The notes under the pieces are model-generated. The model was not told where the DNA came from. It ran no database searches and worked only from the letters and a program-made list of their open reading frames with translations. The position numbers were made by a program, and so were the translations under genes. This document shows, piece by piece, positions 1 through 12,664 of a stretch of DNA of 32,000 bases. This stretch comes from an uncultured Lentisphaeria bacterium. Its GTDB lineage: Bacteria > Verrucomicrobiota > Lentisphaeria > JABSQK01 > JAJFLO01. The stretch lies in the NCBI GenBank assembly GCA_951812855.1, contig OX638337.1:1140001-1172000 (forward strand). The letters are read 5' to 3'. The first letter of the stretch is position 1, and each line of letters starts with the position of its first letter.

Positions 1-186
1 ATGCAGAAATTTGCCGAAGAGTTATACAAAAATGCACCTCCTCCACAAGATCCGGGTGAAAATACTTCAACTGAAAGTGAAGTGTCAAGCAAGGCATCTG
101 ATTCTTCATCAAAATCAAAAAAACATCATGAAGGAGAGGTGATTGATGCGGAATTTGATATGGTTGATGATGAACAAAGCAAATAA
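1..186 (+). CDS. dnaK: Chaperone DnaK (Hsp70), C-terminal end; the ORF enters from the left edge
   Basis: The 61-aa tail ...EGEVIDAEFDMVDDEQSK matches the acidic DnaK C-terminus recalled from E. coli (...DDVVDAEFEEVKDKK). The preceding MQKFAEELYK resembles the last DnaK lid helix. Confidence 0.7.
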   Translation: MQKFAEELYKNAPPPQDPGENTSTESEVSSKASDSSSKSKKHHEGEVIDAEFDMVDDEQSK

Positions 187-264
187 CTGTCTGATATATA
201 AAACAAATTTAAAATATCAACAACAAAAATAAAAAATAAAAATATAGAAAGGAGTTCAACCTAT

Positions 265-552
265 ATGAAAATCAAACCGTTAGGAGATCGAGTCTTAGTT
301 GAAGATATCGAAGAAACCGAGGAAGTGAAGGGTGGAATTGTAATCCCGGACAGTGCGAAAGAAAAATCCCAGGAGGCCAAAATTGTAGCACTTGGAACGG
401 GTGGAACAGACGACAAAGGCAAAAAGATTCCATTTGAAGTAGAAGTTGGTGACAAAGTCTTAACTTCAAAATATGGCGGGACTGATGTAAAAGTTAATGA
501 TCAAGAATACAAGATTTTAAGTTCATCTGATATTCTGGCTGTCATTAAATAA
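265..552 (+). CDS. groES: Co-chaperonin GroES (10 kDa)
   Basis: 95 aa. [12 protein letters not shown]...[12 protein letters not shown]...GTG is the canonical GroES pattern. An aaggag RBS lies upstream, and the gene sits directly upstream of groEL. Confidence 0.97.
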   Translation: MKIKPLGDRVLVEDIEETEEVKGGIVIPDSAKEKSQEAKIVALGTGGTDDKGKKIPFEVEVGDKVLTSKYGGTDVKVNDQEYKILSSSDILAVIK

Positions 553-583
553 ACAATTTCCACAGTTACCGTATGAAATTTAA

Positions 584-2263
<1,680 letters not shown>

Positions 2264-2286
2264 TCCTGTCAAATCCACGTATCTCG

Positions 2287-2318
2287 AAAAAAGCCCCGGT
2301 GTGCCGGGGCTTTTTTCT
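2287..2318 (+). terminator. Rho-independent terminator after groEL
   Basis: GC stem gccccgg (2293-2299) pairs with ccggggc (2304-2310) across a 4-nt loop. A T6 run follows at 2311-2316, 23 nt after the groEL stop. Confidence 0.8.
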
Positions 2319-2559
2319 TTTAAACATGGAGGATGTGATGTTAAACGCAGATTAAATTTTCCAATAAAAATCTAAGATGAGTAATATTATTATGCTTGAA
2401 ACTCAAATTAAAAAATATTTACTTTTCAATAAAGAATCGCTATAAAAAAATGATCTGCGAATTACTATATCCCTCTGGTTAATCGGAATAATCCCATCCG
2501 TTTAGTTATTTATATTCTATATATTCCATAAAAACAACATCCTGTTAAAAAGGTGAACA

Positions 2560-3633
2560 ATGAAAAATTATAGCGACATTTCTTCCATATTAGAAGGGGA
2601 CGCTGAAAATCTCCTGAATTATACATGTACAAAAATGAATAAGGAACAATTACACTTACCGGGATCTGATTGGGTTGACCGAATTTTTGCCCAGAGTGAC
2701 AGAATCACACCTGTTCTAAGAAGCCTTCAAACCTTATTCGACAGCGGACGTCTGGGTGGAACCGGCTACTTATCTATACTTCCCGTTGACCAGGGAATCG
2801 AACATTCTGGAGGTGCTTCATTTGCTCCGAACCCAATTTATTTTGACCCTGAAAATATTGTAAAATTAGCTATTGAAGGAGGATGTAATGCCGTTGCCTC
2901 AACATTTGGAGTTCTTGGTAGTGTCGCCCGTAAATATGCACATAAAATACCATTCATTGTGAAGATAAATCACAATGAGTTTTTATCTTATCCAAATGAA
3001 TTTGATCAAATTCTGTTTGGTCAGGTAGAACAAGCCAGAGATATGGGTGCAGTTGCAATAGGAGCGACGATATATTTCGGCTCAGCTGAAAGTAGACGGC
3101 AGATTACCGAAGTAAGTGAAGCATTCCAAATAGCACATGAATTGGGCATGGCGACAATCCTATGGTGTTATACCAGAAACAATGCCTTTAAGGTTGATGG
3201 TGTTGATTATCACACCAGTGCTGATTTAACAGGTCAGGCAAACCACCTCGGCGTGACTATCGAGGCGGATATAATTAAACAAAAACTACCGAGCAATAAC
3301 GGCGGATACAAGGCGATTAACAGTCAAGGGAACCCTTATGGCAAAAATGATGAACGGATGTATTCAGAATTAGCAAGCGACCATCCAATTGATCTTTGCA
3401 GGTACCAGGTATTAAATAATTATATGGGCCGAATGGGCTTGATAAATTCTGGGGGACCTTCTGGGAAAAATGATATTGCTGAAGCAATTCAAACTTCCGT
3501 AATCAATAAAAGAGCAGGTGGCATGGGATTAATCAGTGGTCGCAAAGCCTTTCAGCGTCCAATGAAAGAAGGTGCTGAATTACTACAGGCAATTCAAGAT
3601 GTTTATCTTTGTAAGGAAGTAACAATCGCTTAG
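2560..3633 (+). CDS. fbaB: Class I fructose-bisphosphate aldolase (FbaB/DhnA type)
   Basis: 357 aa, collinear with E. coli FbaB as recalled: [61 protein letters not shown], and the ending ...ITIA. Confidence 0.93.
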   Translation: MKNYSDISSILEGDAENLLNYTCTKMNKEQLHLPGSDWVDRIFAQSDRITPVLRSLQTLFDSGRLGGTGYLSILPVDQGIEHSGGASFAPNPIYFDPENIVKLAIEGGCNAVASTFGVLGSVARKYAHKIPFIVKINHNEFLSYPNEFDQILFGQVEQARDMGAVAIGATIYFGSAESRRQITEVSEAFQIAHELGMATILWCYTRNNAFKVDGVDYHTSADLTGQANHLGVTIEADIIKQKLPSNNGGYKAINSQGNPYGKNDERMYSELASDHPIDLCRYQVLNNYMGRMGLINSGGPSGKNDIAEAIQTSVINKRAGGMGLISGRKAFQRPMKEGAELLQAIQDVYLCKEVTIA

Positions 3634-3671
3634 ATTAATTTCTATAAACATTCATACACATTTATTATAAA

Positions 3672-3709
3672 AGCACTGTCAGGATAGACATTTTGACAGT
3701 GCTTTTTTA
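3672..3709 (+). terminator. Rho-independent terminator after fbaB
   Basis: agcactgtca (3672-3681) pairs with tgacagtgct (3694-3703), followed by a T run. Confidence 0.75.
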
Positions 3710-4154
3710 TTTTTGCCAAATGAATGACAAGGACTTAAAATCATTAACCAGTAGTATCATTCCATAATGGTGGATGTTATAACTCTAATAATACTCCAAC
3801 AGGCTTTATACTGAATCTCTGTTGGTCGATTCATTATTAGTCGGTTTAAATCACATTTCAAAATATCACTTTGAATATCTTTAGAGCGCCAAAAATTAAA
3901 CTAATCAAGAAAAAGATCAACACCTCTTAAATTCACTCTCAGTTACAGCCGATAACCTTAAGATAGAACAAATGGTTAAAAATCCATTTACAAACGAAAT
4001 TATCAACAGAAAGGGGTTTAGTGCTTCAACTGTTGCACAATGTTGAGCACAAAAATCTATGGGAATACTTCCCAGACTGTAATAATATATATTCATTAAT
4101 TGATTGATAAATTCGGTAATGCATTTTTTTCTGTAATTTGATAATCGCAGGTCA

Positions 4155-5174
<1,020 letters not shown>

Positions 5175-5516
5175 AGTAACACCTCTGAAAATGTTCATTC
5201 TCAACCAGATAAGAGGTTGACGATTTCTGCGTCCTGTAAATCCAATATCATTTATTTTCAGCGGGCATATCTGCGTATTGCAGTGGCGGCAGCCTGTCTA
5301 ATTTCTAAGATCTTAAAGTAAATGCAGCATGGCTTCACTAGATTCTTAGATTTCAGGGCAGTCAAATCTGAGAGTCTATTATTTCCAGGTCGAATGGTGT
5401 ATTGGTTTTAATGGTAATCACCGGCGGGCAGGTAAAGGGTGGTCTTTGGTTTAATCTTACTTGCGGGTTTAATTCCCCGATACATCTTATGATGAGACCA
5501 TCCTCAGAGAGACAGT

Positions 5517-5696
5517 CACGTTCTTCTGATAAGCTATGAAGATTTTTTTAATATTCCCGATAGAGTAATACGGCAAATTTGTGAATTTTTGCAGCGAGAA
5601 CCATTTACTAATATGGATGATATTTTAGCCAGAGAGGGCTGCCCCCGAAAAATCACGATGGCAGAAAGAAGAAATAAATTTGGAAAAGGCCAATGA
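5517..5696 (+). pseudogene. Possible sulfotransferase C-terminal fragment
   Basis: HVLLISYEDFFNIPDRVIRQICEFLQREPF resembles the sulfotransferase-domain C-terminal pattern (YEDL...p...ri.dFLG). The fragment is short, isolated and preceded by stops. Confidence 0.35.
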
Positions 5697-5847
5697 TTAT
5701 ATTCGCGATTTCGCCGAATATGTATGTCGGCTTCTGCAGCTGCAGCAAATATGATTCAAGCGGAAAATACAATCGATTAACATAGATATAAAACTTAAAA
5801 TCCTGTCGGTTTTTAAAAATAAAACCATTGTAAATAGCACTATTTAC

Positions 5848-7224
5848 ATGGCAGGTAATATCATTTTTCAGGCTCTGGCATTTTTTTCACTTCCCGTTTT
5901 TACACAATACCTGAGTCCTGATGATTATGGTATTCTAAGCTATACTGCATCGATAATGTCACTGCTTTGTGTCCTTGCGAGCTTATCGCTGCAGTCTTTT
6001 ATTGTACGTCATTATTTTGAACTTAAAACGGATGAAGAACGAAAAGAATTATTCGGAACAATATCCATTTTTTTATTGTTGGTCAATAGTGTTCTGCTAC
6101 TGTTAGAATTCTTAATATTTCCTTCTTTACTTCATTATTTTAATATAAAGATACCGTTTCACCCATATTTCCAGATTGCTCTAATTATAAATTTCCTTGA
6201 CGTTGCTCTAATAGTTCCACTAACGTATTTTAGAGTTACCAGGAATCCATGGGGATATTTTGCATTATCGTCGTCCAGGCCGATTTTATCTCTAGGTCTT
6301 GGTTTAGTTTTCGTCGTTTATTATAAAATGGGGGTAATGGGGAGATTCTACGGTTCTTTTATTGGGAATTTTTTATTCTTCTTTATTTCTGTTTTTCTGA
6401 TCATTAAAATTTCCAGGCTCAGGATTAATTTAGATATTCTAAAAAGTGCACTTCGTTTTTCAATTCCTCTAATCCCCTGTGGTGTAATTACAGTAGCAAT
6501 TTCGTCAACCGATAAGATTATTCTCGAGCGGTATGTCCCATTGTCTGAAATAGGAATCTATTCTGTTGGAGTAACATTGGGGACTGTACTTTCAATTATT
6601 GCCAGGGGGTTTCATTTTGCCGTCGAGCCTGAAATTTATGAGGCATTTAATCACAAAGATTTTAACAAAAAAATTGTTATTATAAAAAATAATTTTTTGT
6701 ATCTCCTGATAAGTTTAGGCTGCATCATTATCATTTTTTCAAAAGAAATCGTTATGATTGCGATTTCAGAACAATTTTATGAGTGTTATAAAATAATCCC
6801 TTTTTTCATAATAGGTACAATTTTTCGTGGAGTTGAAATGTTTGTTTCCACTACATTATTTGCCTTAAACAAGACCATTTATGGACCCGTCATTACAGGG
6901 ATTAGTTTTTTCATCAATCTTTTAGGCAATCTGATACTAATTCCCTATTTGGGTATTCTTGGAGCTGCTTCTGCGTCCTTAGTGTCTTTTGTCATTTTAT
7001 TGATTGTATCAGTTCATATTACAAGTAGATTTGCCGAAATTCAGTGGAAGTGCTTGAAAGACATCGGACTCATACTTACAACATGTGGAATCAGTGTGCT
7101 TCTTATGTCTGTCCAAATTGGGTCGCCTGTTGAAACGGGTGTTTTTAAATTGGTCATTGTGATTTTCGTCTCTATTATTTTAGGGAATCAAGCGATCAAG
7201 AAACTGAGGGTTTCAAATATTTAA
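5848..7224 (+). CDS. wzx: Polysaccharide/O-antigen flippase (Wzx-like, MOP superfamily)
   Basis: 458 aa, highly hydrophobic with many predicted TM segments. The N-terminal LPVFTQYLSPDDYG motif is typical of Wzx flippases. It sits in a glycosyltransferase locus. The reading frame stays open upstream to 5755 (see findings). Confidence 0.8.
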   Translation: MAGNIIFQALAFFSLPVFTQYLSPDDYGILSYTASIMSLLCVLASLSLQSFIVRHYFELKTDEERKELFGTISIFLLLVNSVLLLLEFLIFPSLLHYFNIKIPFHPYFQIALIINFLDVALIVPLTYFRVTRNPWGYFALSSSRPILSLGLGLVFVVYYKMGVMGRFYGSFIGNFLFFFISVFLIIKISRLRINLDILKSALRFSIPLIPCGVITVAISSTDKIILERYVPLSEIGIYSVGVTLGTVLSIIARGFHFAVEPEIYEAFNHKDFNKKIVIIKNNFLYLLISLGCIIIIFSKEIVMIAISEQFYECYKIIPFFIIGTIFRGVEMFVSTTLFALNKTIYGPVITGISFFINLLGNLILIPYLGILGAASASLVSFVILLIVSVHITSRFAEIQWKCLKDIGLILTTCGISVLLMSVQIGSPVETGVFKLVIVIFVSIILGNQAIKKLRVSNI

Positions 7225-7481
7225 ATTGGTTTTTTATAAAGATAGAGCAATTCTATAAATTTCGAGTTCAACAGAGTCGTACAAAATAAATAATTAATCG
7301 ATCTCTTTTCTTAAAATCATTGCAATCAGGTCAGAAGACATCTCAACGCAAATCAAAAATAATCTGTGGATCAGTGAGGGATATAAAATTTCAGAATTTT
7401 ATTTATAATACGTTTTTAGAAATCAAACCCATTAAGGAAATGGGATTTAACAAGAATATTGATAAGACATATGAGGGAATT

Positions 7482-7761
7482 ATGTATATTTTAGGTGTTC
7501 ATGTATGCAGGGCATAATTCCGGCACAGCCCTAATAGAAAATCGAAAAATTGTTGCAGATGTTCAAGAAGAGCAATTCACGAGAATAAAACATTATGCAG
7601 GTCTACCTCTAAAATCAATTGATTATTTCCTGAAATACAAGAAAATTAATTCGGAAGATCTTACCTGTATTGCATTCTCGCAATCAACCCCGACTTATGA
7701 TTACAAATTACTATTTCCGGATCTTGACATTATTCCTGCGAAACTAAAGACTCAGATCTAA
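7482..7761 (+). pseudogene. Carbamoyltransferase (NodU/CmcH family) N-terminal fragment, frameshifted and truncated
   Basis: MYILGVH (ATG at 7482, gaggga RBS) continues after a 1-nt frame change near 7500 as YAGHNSGTALIENRKIVADVQEEQFTRIKHYAGLP. This is the conserved N-terminus of ~550-600 aa carbamoyltransferases. Only ~95 codons remain. Confidence 0.75.
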
Positions 7762-8137
7762 AGATGCCTTGTCAGTACAGGGTATTTGATATGTCTGGTA
7801 AAAATAAATCATTCCCAATCTATATCAAACCGTTTAGAACGACCAAATCTGCCCAATGTTTTTTTAAGGAAGGACCAACAGGTTCGCTATGATGTTTCAA
7901 GTTAATAAGGCTGCAGGTCTTTTCCGTAACTCCATCCAGAGAGTCGCAAATTTAGACTGGAGTGCCCAAATAAATTGTGATGATTCAATTACAGCCCGGT
8001 AGTTATTTGATAAACCTGGTTATAGAGAGTATAGGTAGCAAATTCCATGATGTTGAAAAAGAAATATCTGCATAGAAGTATACAAAAAATCACTGGCTAT
8101 ATTTAACCAACCCTGACCCTACACCTGAAATTATTGT

Positions 8138-9532
8138 ATGATATCGAATAAACAGAATTGGATTTCTTATTTTATCGTTACCCTTTCAGCAATGTTAGCT
8201 GTCATTACATTGTTATTTCCCCCGGTAAAAGCGGTCCTCTTATGTGTTGCTCTGATCGTCTCTTTATCTATTTTAAAATGGCCATTTGCCGGACTTCTGC
8301 TAATGGTTGCTCTAATTCCACTACAAGTGTTGGTGGTTATGCCAGGGGGTCGAACGATTTTATACCCCATTGGCATATTAACAGCATTTGGCTTGATAAT
8401 AAAAATTCTCCTGCAAAAAATCAAAATTAGAATTAATAAGAAGTTAACATTTCTTATACTCGCTTTTTTTATTTGGGGTGTTACTTCCATTACCTGGGCT
8501 GAATATCCGGATGAAGTGATTTTAAGGACAGGACAAATGTTTAATTTAATGATTTTTTTCATTATTTTTCAAATATTAGTTGAACGTCGAATACAGATAA
8601 TATGGCTGATTACAGCCTTCGTCGCAGCCACTGGAATTGGGACAGTCATAGCAAAATTTATAACAGGATTTGGGGAAGGTGTTTCCCGGCTTGAGTTAGC
8701 AGAGGCTGATGATCCTAACAATTTTGCAGGAATAATTGGTATGACCATTATTTTTCTTATTACTGTCATTTTTCCATGGATCAAAAAATTTCCGATCCGT
8801 AAATGGACTATCATGTCAACAACATTACCCTGGTTTATTATCGCTTTTCTGGCAACCGGAAGCCGTGGGGCAGTAACCGCAATGCTAATTTCTATACTGA
8901 CCTATTTGTTACTCACAAGAAAAAAAATTAAGACTGTTATTATTGGATCCGCTGTCATTGCAACTCTTCTTTTAATTGTACCGTTAGTAATAAAATATAA
9001 TATGCTCTCGCCATCGGTATTAAATCGCTATAAAACAATGTACTCTCCCAACGAGAAACATTTTGGAGGAAGGCTTCCCATACTTTTTGTTGGAATGACT
9101 ATGATTAAGGAAAATTTTTTCCGGGGAGTTGGGTGGAGAAACTTTTATCGAGTATCGCCAGATTATAACCAGAGAACCCGTTTTTGGGGAGGATACAATT
9201 ATCTGGATACAGTGTTACAAAAGAACAAACAATTTGTCAACATGGGGCCTCATAACATCTATTTGGGAATACAGGCAGAGTTGGGGATCATGGGAAGTAT
9301 TATTTTTATTGCTTTTCTTTGGGGAAGCCTCAAGGGGCTTTATGATAATAGGACTCATCAATTAGCAATGGCAGTATTTATCACCCTTTTTTTTCTTCTT
9401 ACCCTTGGACTCTCTTTAACGGTAACCTATAAAAAGTTTTTTTGGTTTGCTCTATCTTTAGCAACTGCTTTACCCAAAACACTCCGGCTTGAAAATAGTA
9501 ATGAGGGAAAACTTAATGTCAGTGATTATTAA
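8138..9532 (+). CDS. O-antigen ligase/polymerase family membrane protein (Wzy_C-type; WaaL or Wzy)
   Basis: 464 aa polytopic membrane protein. It carries GSRGA and the PHNIYLGIQAELGIMG motif (H-N-x-Y-L...ElG) typical of the O-antigen ligase domain. Confidence 0.8.
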   Translation: MISNKQNWISYFIVTLSAMLAVITLLFPPVKAVLLCVALIVSLSILKWPFAGLLLMVALIPLQVLVVMPGGRTILYPIGILTAFGLIIKILLQKIKIRINKKLTFLILAFFIWGVTSITWAEYPDEVILRTGQMFNLMIFFIIFQILVERRIQIIWLITAFVAATGIGTVIAKFITGFGEGVSRLELAEADDPNNFAGIIGMTIIFLITVIFPWIKKFPIRKWTIMSTTLPWFIIAFLATGSRGAVTAMLISILTYLLLTRKKIKTVIIGSAVIATLLLIVPLVIKYNMLSPSVLNRYKTMYSPNEKHFGGRLPILFVGMTMIKENFFRGVGWRNFYRVSPDYNQRTRFWGGYNYLDTVLQKNKQFVNMGPHNIYLGIQAELGIMGSIIFIAFLWGSLKGLYDNRTHQLAMAVFITLFFLLTLGLSLTVTYKKFFWFALSLATALPKTLRLENSNEGKLNVSDY

Positions 9533-9565
9533 TGAATTTTAAGATTAACCAAAATTTTTATAGGA

Positions 9566-10813
9566 ATGGTAATGCCGGAAAATAGATTGATTAAAGTATT
9601 GGTTATTTCGCACATGCATCCCAGGAGGAATGCCCCTATTAATGGGATTTTTGTTTTGGACCAGAATATTGCACACACTAATGAATCAATGGAGTTAAAA
9701 GTAATATCGCCGATTCCTTACGTGCCTCGATTCATGCAAAACACTCCTAAGAGAAAAGGTTACAGAGGTGTTCCCCGTAATGAAACCATCCAAAATATTC
9801 CAGTTCATTATCCACGATACTTTTGTCTTCCAGGTCCCTTTTTTCACGGGGTTTCAATTTTTCCTTTTTCGCAACAGATTCTGCCTCTGATGCAGCAGAT
9901 AATTACCCATTTTACTCCGGATATTCTGCATGCACACGCTGCCACTCCTGATGGATATGCAGGTTTGAGATTAGGGAAAAAATTTGGTATTCCAACAGTA
10001 TGCACGCTCCATGGATCGGATATAAATCAATACCCTTACTATGGACCATTGGTTAATCAGATTACAAAGAAGGTTATTTCTGAAACTGATCAAGTGATAG
10101 CTGTTAGTAAAGATTTAAAAAAAAATGCAGAAAAACTCGCTGCCCCGGGTTCTCCGATAGAAGTCATTTACAATGGGATTGATACTGAGAAGTTTTCGAT
10201 TAATGACAGTGCCCGATTTTCGATTAGAAAAAGATTTGGTCTTGGTCCACAAGATTTTGTATTAATATTTATAGGATATTTAAAGAAAGACAAAGGCATT
10301 AGAGAGTTAATCCATTCATTTCTGGATTTGAGCAGCAGTTATCCTCATCTTCATTTATTTGTAGTGGGAGACGGAATGGAACGTGATTTGGTCCAGGATG
10401 TTTCAACTCGCCAAAAAACGTCGGGACAGCTCCACTTTATTGATGAAATCCTGAATAAAGAAGTTCCCGATTTTCTTAATGCCGCTGATGTATTAATTCT
10501 ACCTTCATATACAGAGGGATGTCCTACTGTAATTAAAGAGGCTTTAGCATGTGGTAAGCCGGTTATTGCATCCAATGTTGGTGGAATTCCGGAAGTTATT
10601 CAGGATGGCAATAACGGACTTCTAATTCCCGCCAAAGATGTATCTGCTCTTACCAATGCGATCCGCAGGTGTGTCGACAATATTCAGGATTGTTGTGAAA
10701 TGGGGAAAAATTCCCGCAGCATTGTTGAAGAAAATTTCACTCTGAAGAAAAACGCATTATTACATCGGAGAGTATACCAAAAATTAATAAAAGAACACCG
10801 GAAGAAAGACTAG
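9566..10813 (+). CDS. Glycosyltransferase family 4 (GT-B, retaining)
   Basis: 415 aa. The C-terminal EGCPTVIKEALACGKPVIASNVGGIPEVIQDGNNGLLIP is the GT4 E-x7-E region. Confidence 0.9.
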   Translation: MVMPENRLIKVLVISHMHPRRNAPINGIFVLDQNIAHTNESMELKVISPIPYVPRFMQNTPKRKGYRGVPRNETIQNIPVHYPRYFCLPGPFFHGVSIFPFSQQILPLMQQIITHFTPDILHAHAATPDGYAGLRLGKKFGIPTVCTLHGSDINQYPYYGPLVNQITKKVISETDQVIAVSKDLKKNAEKLAAPGSPIEVIYNGIDTEKFSINDSARFSIRKRFGLGPQDFVLIFIGYLKKDKGIRELIHSFLDLSSSYPHLHLFVVGDGMERDLVQDVSTRQKTSGQLHFIDEILNKEVPDFLNAADVLILPSYTEGCPTVIKEALACGKPVIASNVGGIPEVIQDGNNGLLIPAKDVSALTNAIRRCVDNIQDCCEMGKNSRSIVEENFTLKKNALLHRRVYQKLIKEHRKKD

Positions 10814-10940
10814 GTGAGTCGGTTTTTTGTTGAATATTTTATAAGATCGATAATAATTAAATTTTTAGTCAGACTGAATCATTTATGCAAATAAGATTTG
10901 TGTTTTCATTATTTATGGATTACGGAATCGGGAGAACAAA

Positions 10941-11207
10941 ATGAAGAAAATAGACATAGAAGCAGAACGACTCTTCGAGAATTCGAAAGTCGAAGATGAG
11001 AACGTTCGCAAAGAACAACAGAAGTTCTATTGGTCCGTGGAATTATTCATCAACCGCCACAATCAACTCGTCGCTGATTCAATCAAAGGTCTATCGGTTA
11101 GTATTTGTGATAATGTTGTAATTGGTGCGGGATCGGTGGTTACTGGAGATATATCAGTTCCTGGAGTATATGCAGGCAATCCATCCAGACTGATTTCTCA
11201 AATTTGA
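10941..11207 (+). pseudogene. Chimeric remnant: a methyltransferase-like N-terminus joined to the C-terminal tip of a hexapeptide acetyltransferase
   Basis: The C-terminal ICDNVVIGAGSVVTGDISVPGVYAGNPSRLI is the last left-handed beta-helix turns plus tail of an O-acetyltransferase. The N-terminal ERLFEN...RKEQQKFYWSV resembles starts of class I methyltransferases. At 88 aa it is too short for either enzyme. Confidence 0.55.
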
Positions 11208-11232
11208 ATCAATTATAACTCAGGGAGAAAAA

Positions 11233-12456
11233 ATGGAGATTTGGCTGGTTAAAATTAGTGAACCGCTTCCTATTGATACGAAAATTCGGAAATTCAGGAC
11301 CTCTTACCTGGCAGAAGAATTAACGAAAAGGAAGCACAATGTTATCTGGTGGGCAAGTGCCTTTGACCATTTTAAGAAAGAGTGGATTTTTACAGATGAT
11401 ACAGATTATAGATTCAATGAGAGATTAACAATTAAAGCACTGAAAGGAACTGGTTATAAAAAAAATATTTCGTTTCAACGTTTTTATGATTATCGGATAA
11501 TTGCAAAAAAATTTGCAAAAGCAGCTTTAACATTATCTAAGCCTGATATTATTGTTGCTTCAATGCCGTCTTATGATCTTGCTTATGCAGCGGTAAAATA
11601 TGCAAAATCTGTAAATGTCCCAATTTTAGTCGACATAAGAGATCAATGGCCTGATACTTTTGTTGATAAAATTCCCTTAATTCCTGAAAAGCTGGTACGT
11701 TTTTTATTGCGTCGTGAGTTTTTAATGTTGAAAAATACAATGTCACAGGCAACGGGGCTAATTTCTGTGATGAATTCATTTCTTGATTGGGGGCTTCAAT
11801 ATGCTGAGAGAGAAAAATCGTGGAAAGACAAAGTTTTTTATCTGGGATATAAACAGGAAAACAATACAAATTCTGATATCAATATTACAAAAGAGAATCT
11901 ATTTAAACATTTTAGCGAAAAATTTGTGATCCTGTTTATTGGTACATTCGGGGAAACTCATAATCCGTCTATTCTTTTAGATTGTGCAGCAAGATTGCAG
12001 AATGAGAAGGACTTTCAATTTATATTAGCAGGTGATGGTCTGTTAATGGATGAATTACAGAGGAAAGCTTCGAATTTATCCAATGTTGAACTAACCGGGT
12101 GGGTTAATCAGGAAAAAATGAATATGTTATTACAGATCGCCAATGTTGGTATGTGTACGACCAATAAAAATGCATTTTTATTCCCTAATAAGTCATTTAT
12201 GTATTTTTCCCATGGACTCCCTGTCATGTCAGCATTTCAGGGTGATTTAAAAGATATAATTGATAAACATAACGTCGGTTACTATTACCCGCCAAATGAT
12301 CTTGACCGGCTGGTAAATTACATGCAATTGCTGAAAGAGGATCAGGAATTATACCAGTTAATGTCAAAAAATGTGAAATCTCTGTTTGATAAACAATTTG
12401 AAGCTGCGGGTATTTATTCTGAATATGCAGATCATATAGAAAAGGTTTTAGGTTAA
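11233..12456 (+). CDS. Glycosyltransferase family 4 (WbuB-like)
   Basis: 407 aa with GT-B architecture, a gggaga RBS and locus context. The motifs are less canonical than in the 9566 gene. Confidence 0.8.
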   Translation: MEIWLVKISEPLPIDTKIRKFRTSYLAEELTKRKHNVIWWASAFDHFKKEWIFTDDTDYRFNERLTIKALKGTGYKKNISFQRFYDYRIIAKKFAKAALTLSKPDIIVASMPSYDLAYAAVKYAKSVNVPILVDIRDQWPDTFVDKIPLIPEKLVRFLLRREFLMLKNTMSQATGLISVMNSFLDWGLQYAEREKSWKDKVFYLGYKQENNTNSDINITKENLFKHFSEKFVILFIGTFGETHNPSILLDCAARLQNEKDFQFILAGDGLLMDELQRKASNLSNVELTGWVNQEKMNMLLQIANVGMCTTNKNAFLFPNKSFMYFSHGLPVMSAFQGDLKDIIDKHNVGYYYPPNDLDRLVNYMQLLKEDQELYQLMSKNVKSLFDKQFEAAGIYSEYADHIEKVLG

Positions 12457-12460
12457 AAAA

Positions 12461-12652
12461 GTGAGTTTTTTAGATGTTACAGAATTATCTGGAGACAGTG
12501 TTACAAAAGAACAAATGTGCAATCGTTGCTGTTGGGCAGGTGAGTATTGCAAAAACAAAGATGTTGTAGAAGCTGCCTGTGGTTCTGGACAAGGTTTAGG
12601 TTCTTTATTATCCCATGTTCATTCAGTTGATCTGTTTTTTCATTTTATTTGA
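12461..12652 (+). pseudogene. Class I SAM-dependent methyltransferase, N-terminal fragment only
   Basis: ...CCWAGEYCKNKDVVEAACGSGQGLGSLL matches the (RY.wA)...k.VLE.aCG.G.G motif I region. The ORF ends ~20 codons later, so the catalytic core is absent. Confidence 0.55.
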
Positions 12653-12664
12653 CACTTCTTTATA

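Noticed and set aside
187-264. Search for a CIRCE inverted repeat or a sigma-32 promoter upstream of groES
   Set aside because: There is no TTAGCACTC-N9-GAGTGCTAA-like repeat and no CTTGAAA / CCCCAT-like pair. The spacer is almost pure A/T, so no regulatory call is made.
8158-8814. Track ORFs 8158-8430 (+), 8167-8562 (-) and 8569-8814 (-) overlapping the O-antigen ligase-like gene
   Set aside because: The 464-aa frame has coherent TM topology and the Wzy_C motif. The alternatives have no motifs and no RBS, and they overlap it completely.
10117-10125. An A9 run inside the GT4 gene, and an A8 run at 8920-8927 in the ligase-like gene, as possible phase-variation tracts
   Set aside because: They encode Lys-Lys in an AT-rich genome where such runs are expected by composition. 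There is no evidence of slippage, so I did not raise them as findings.
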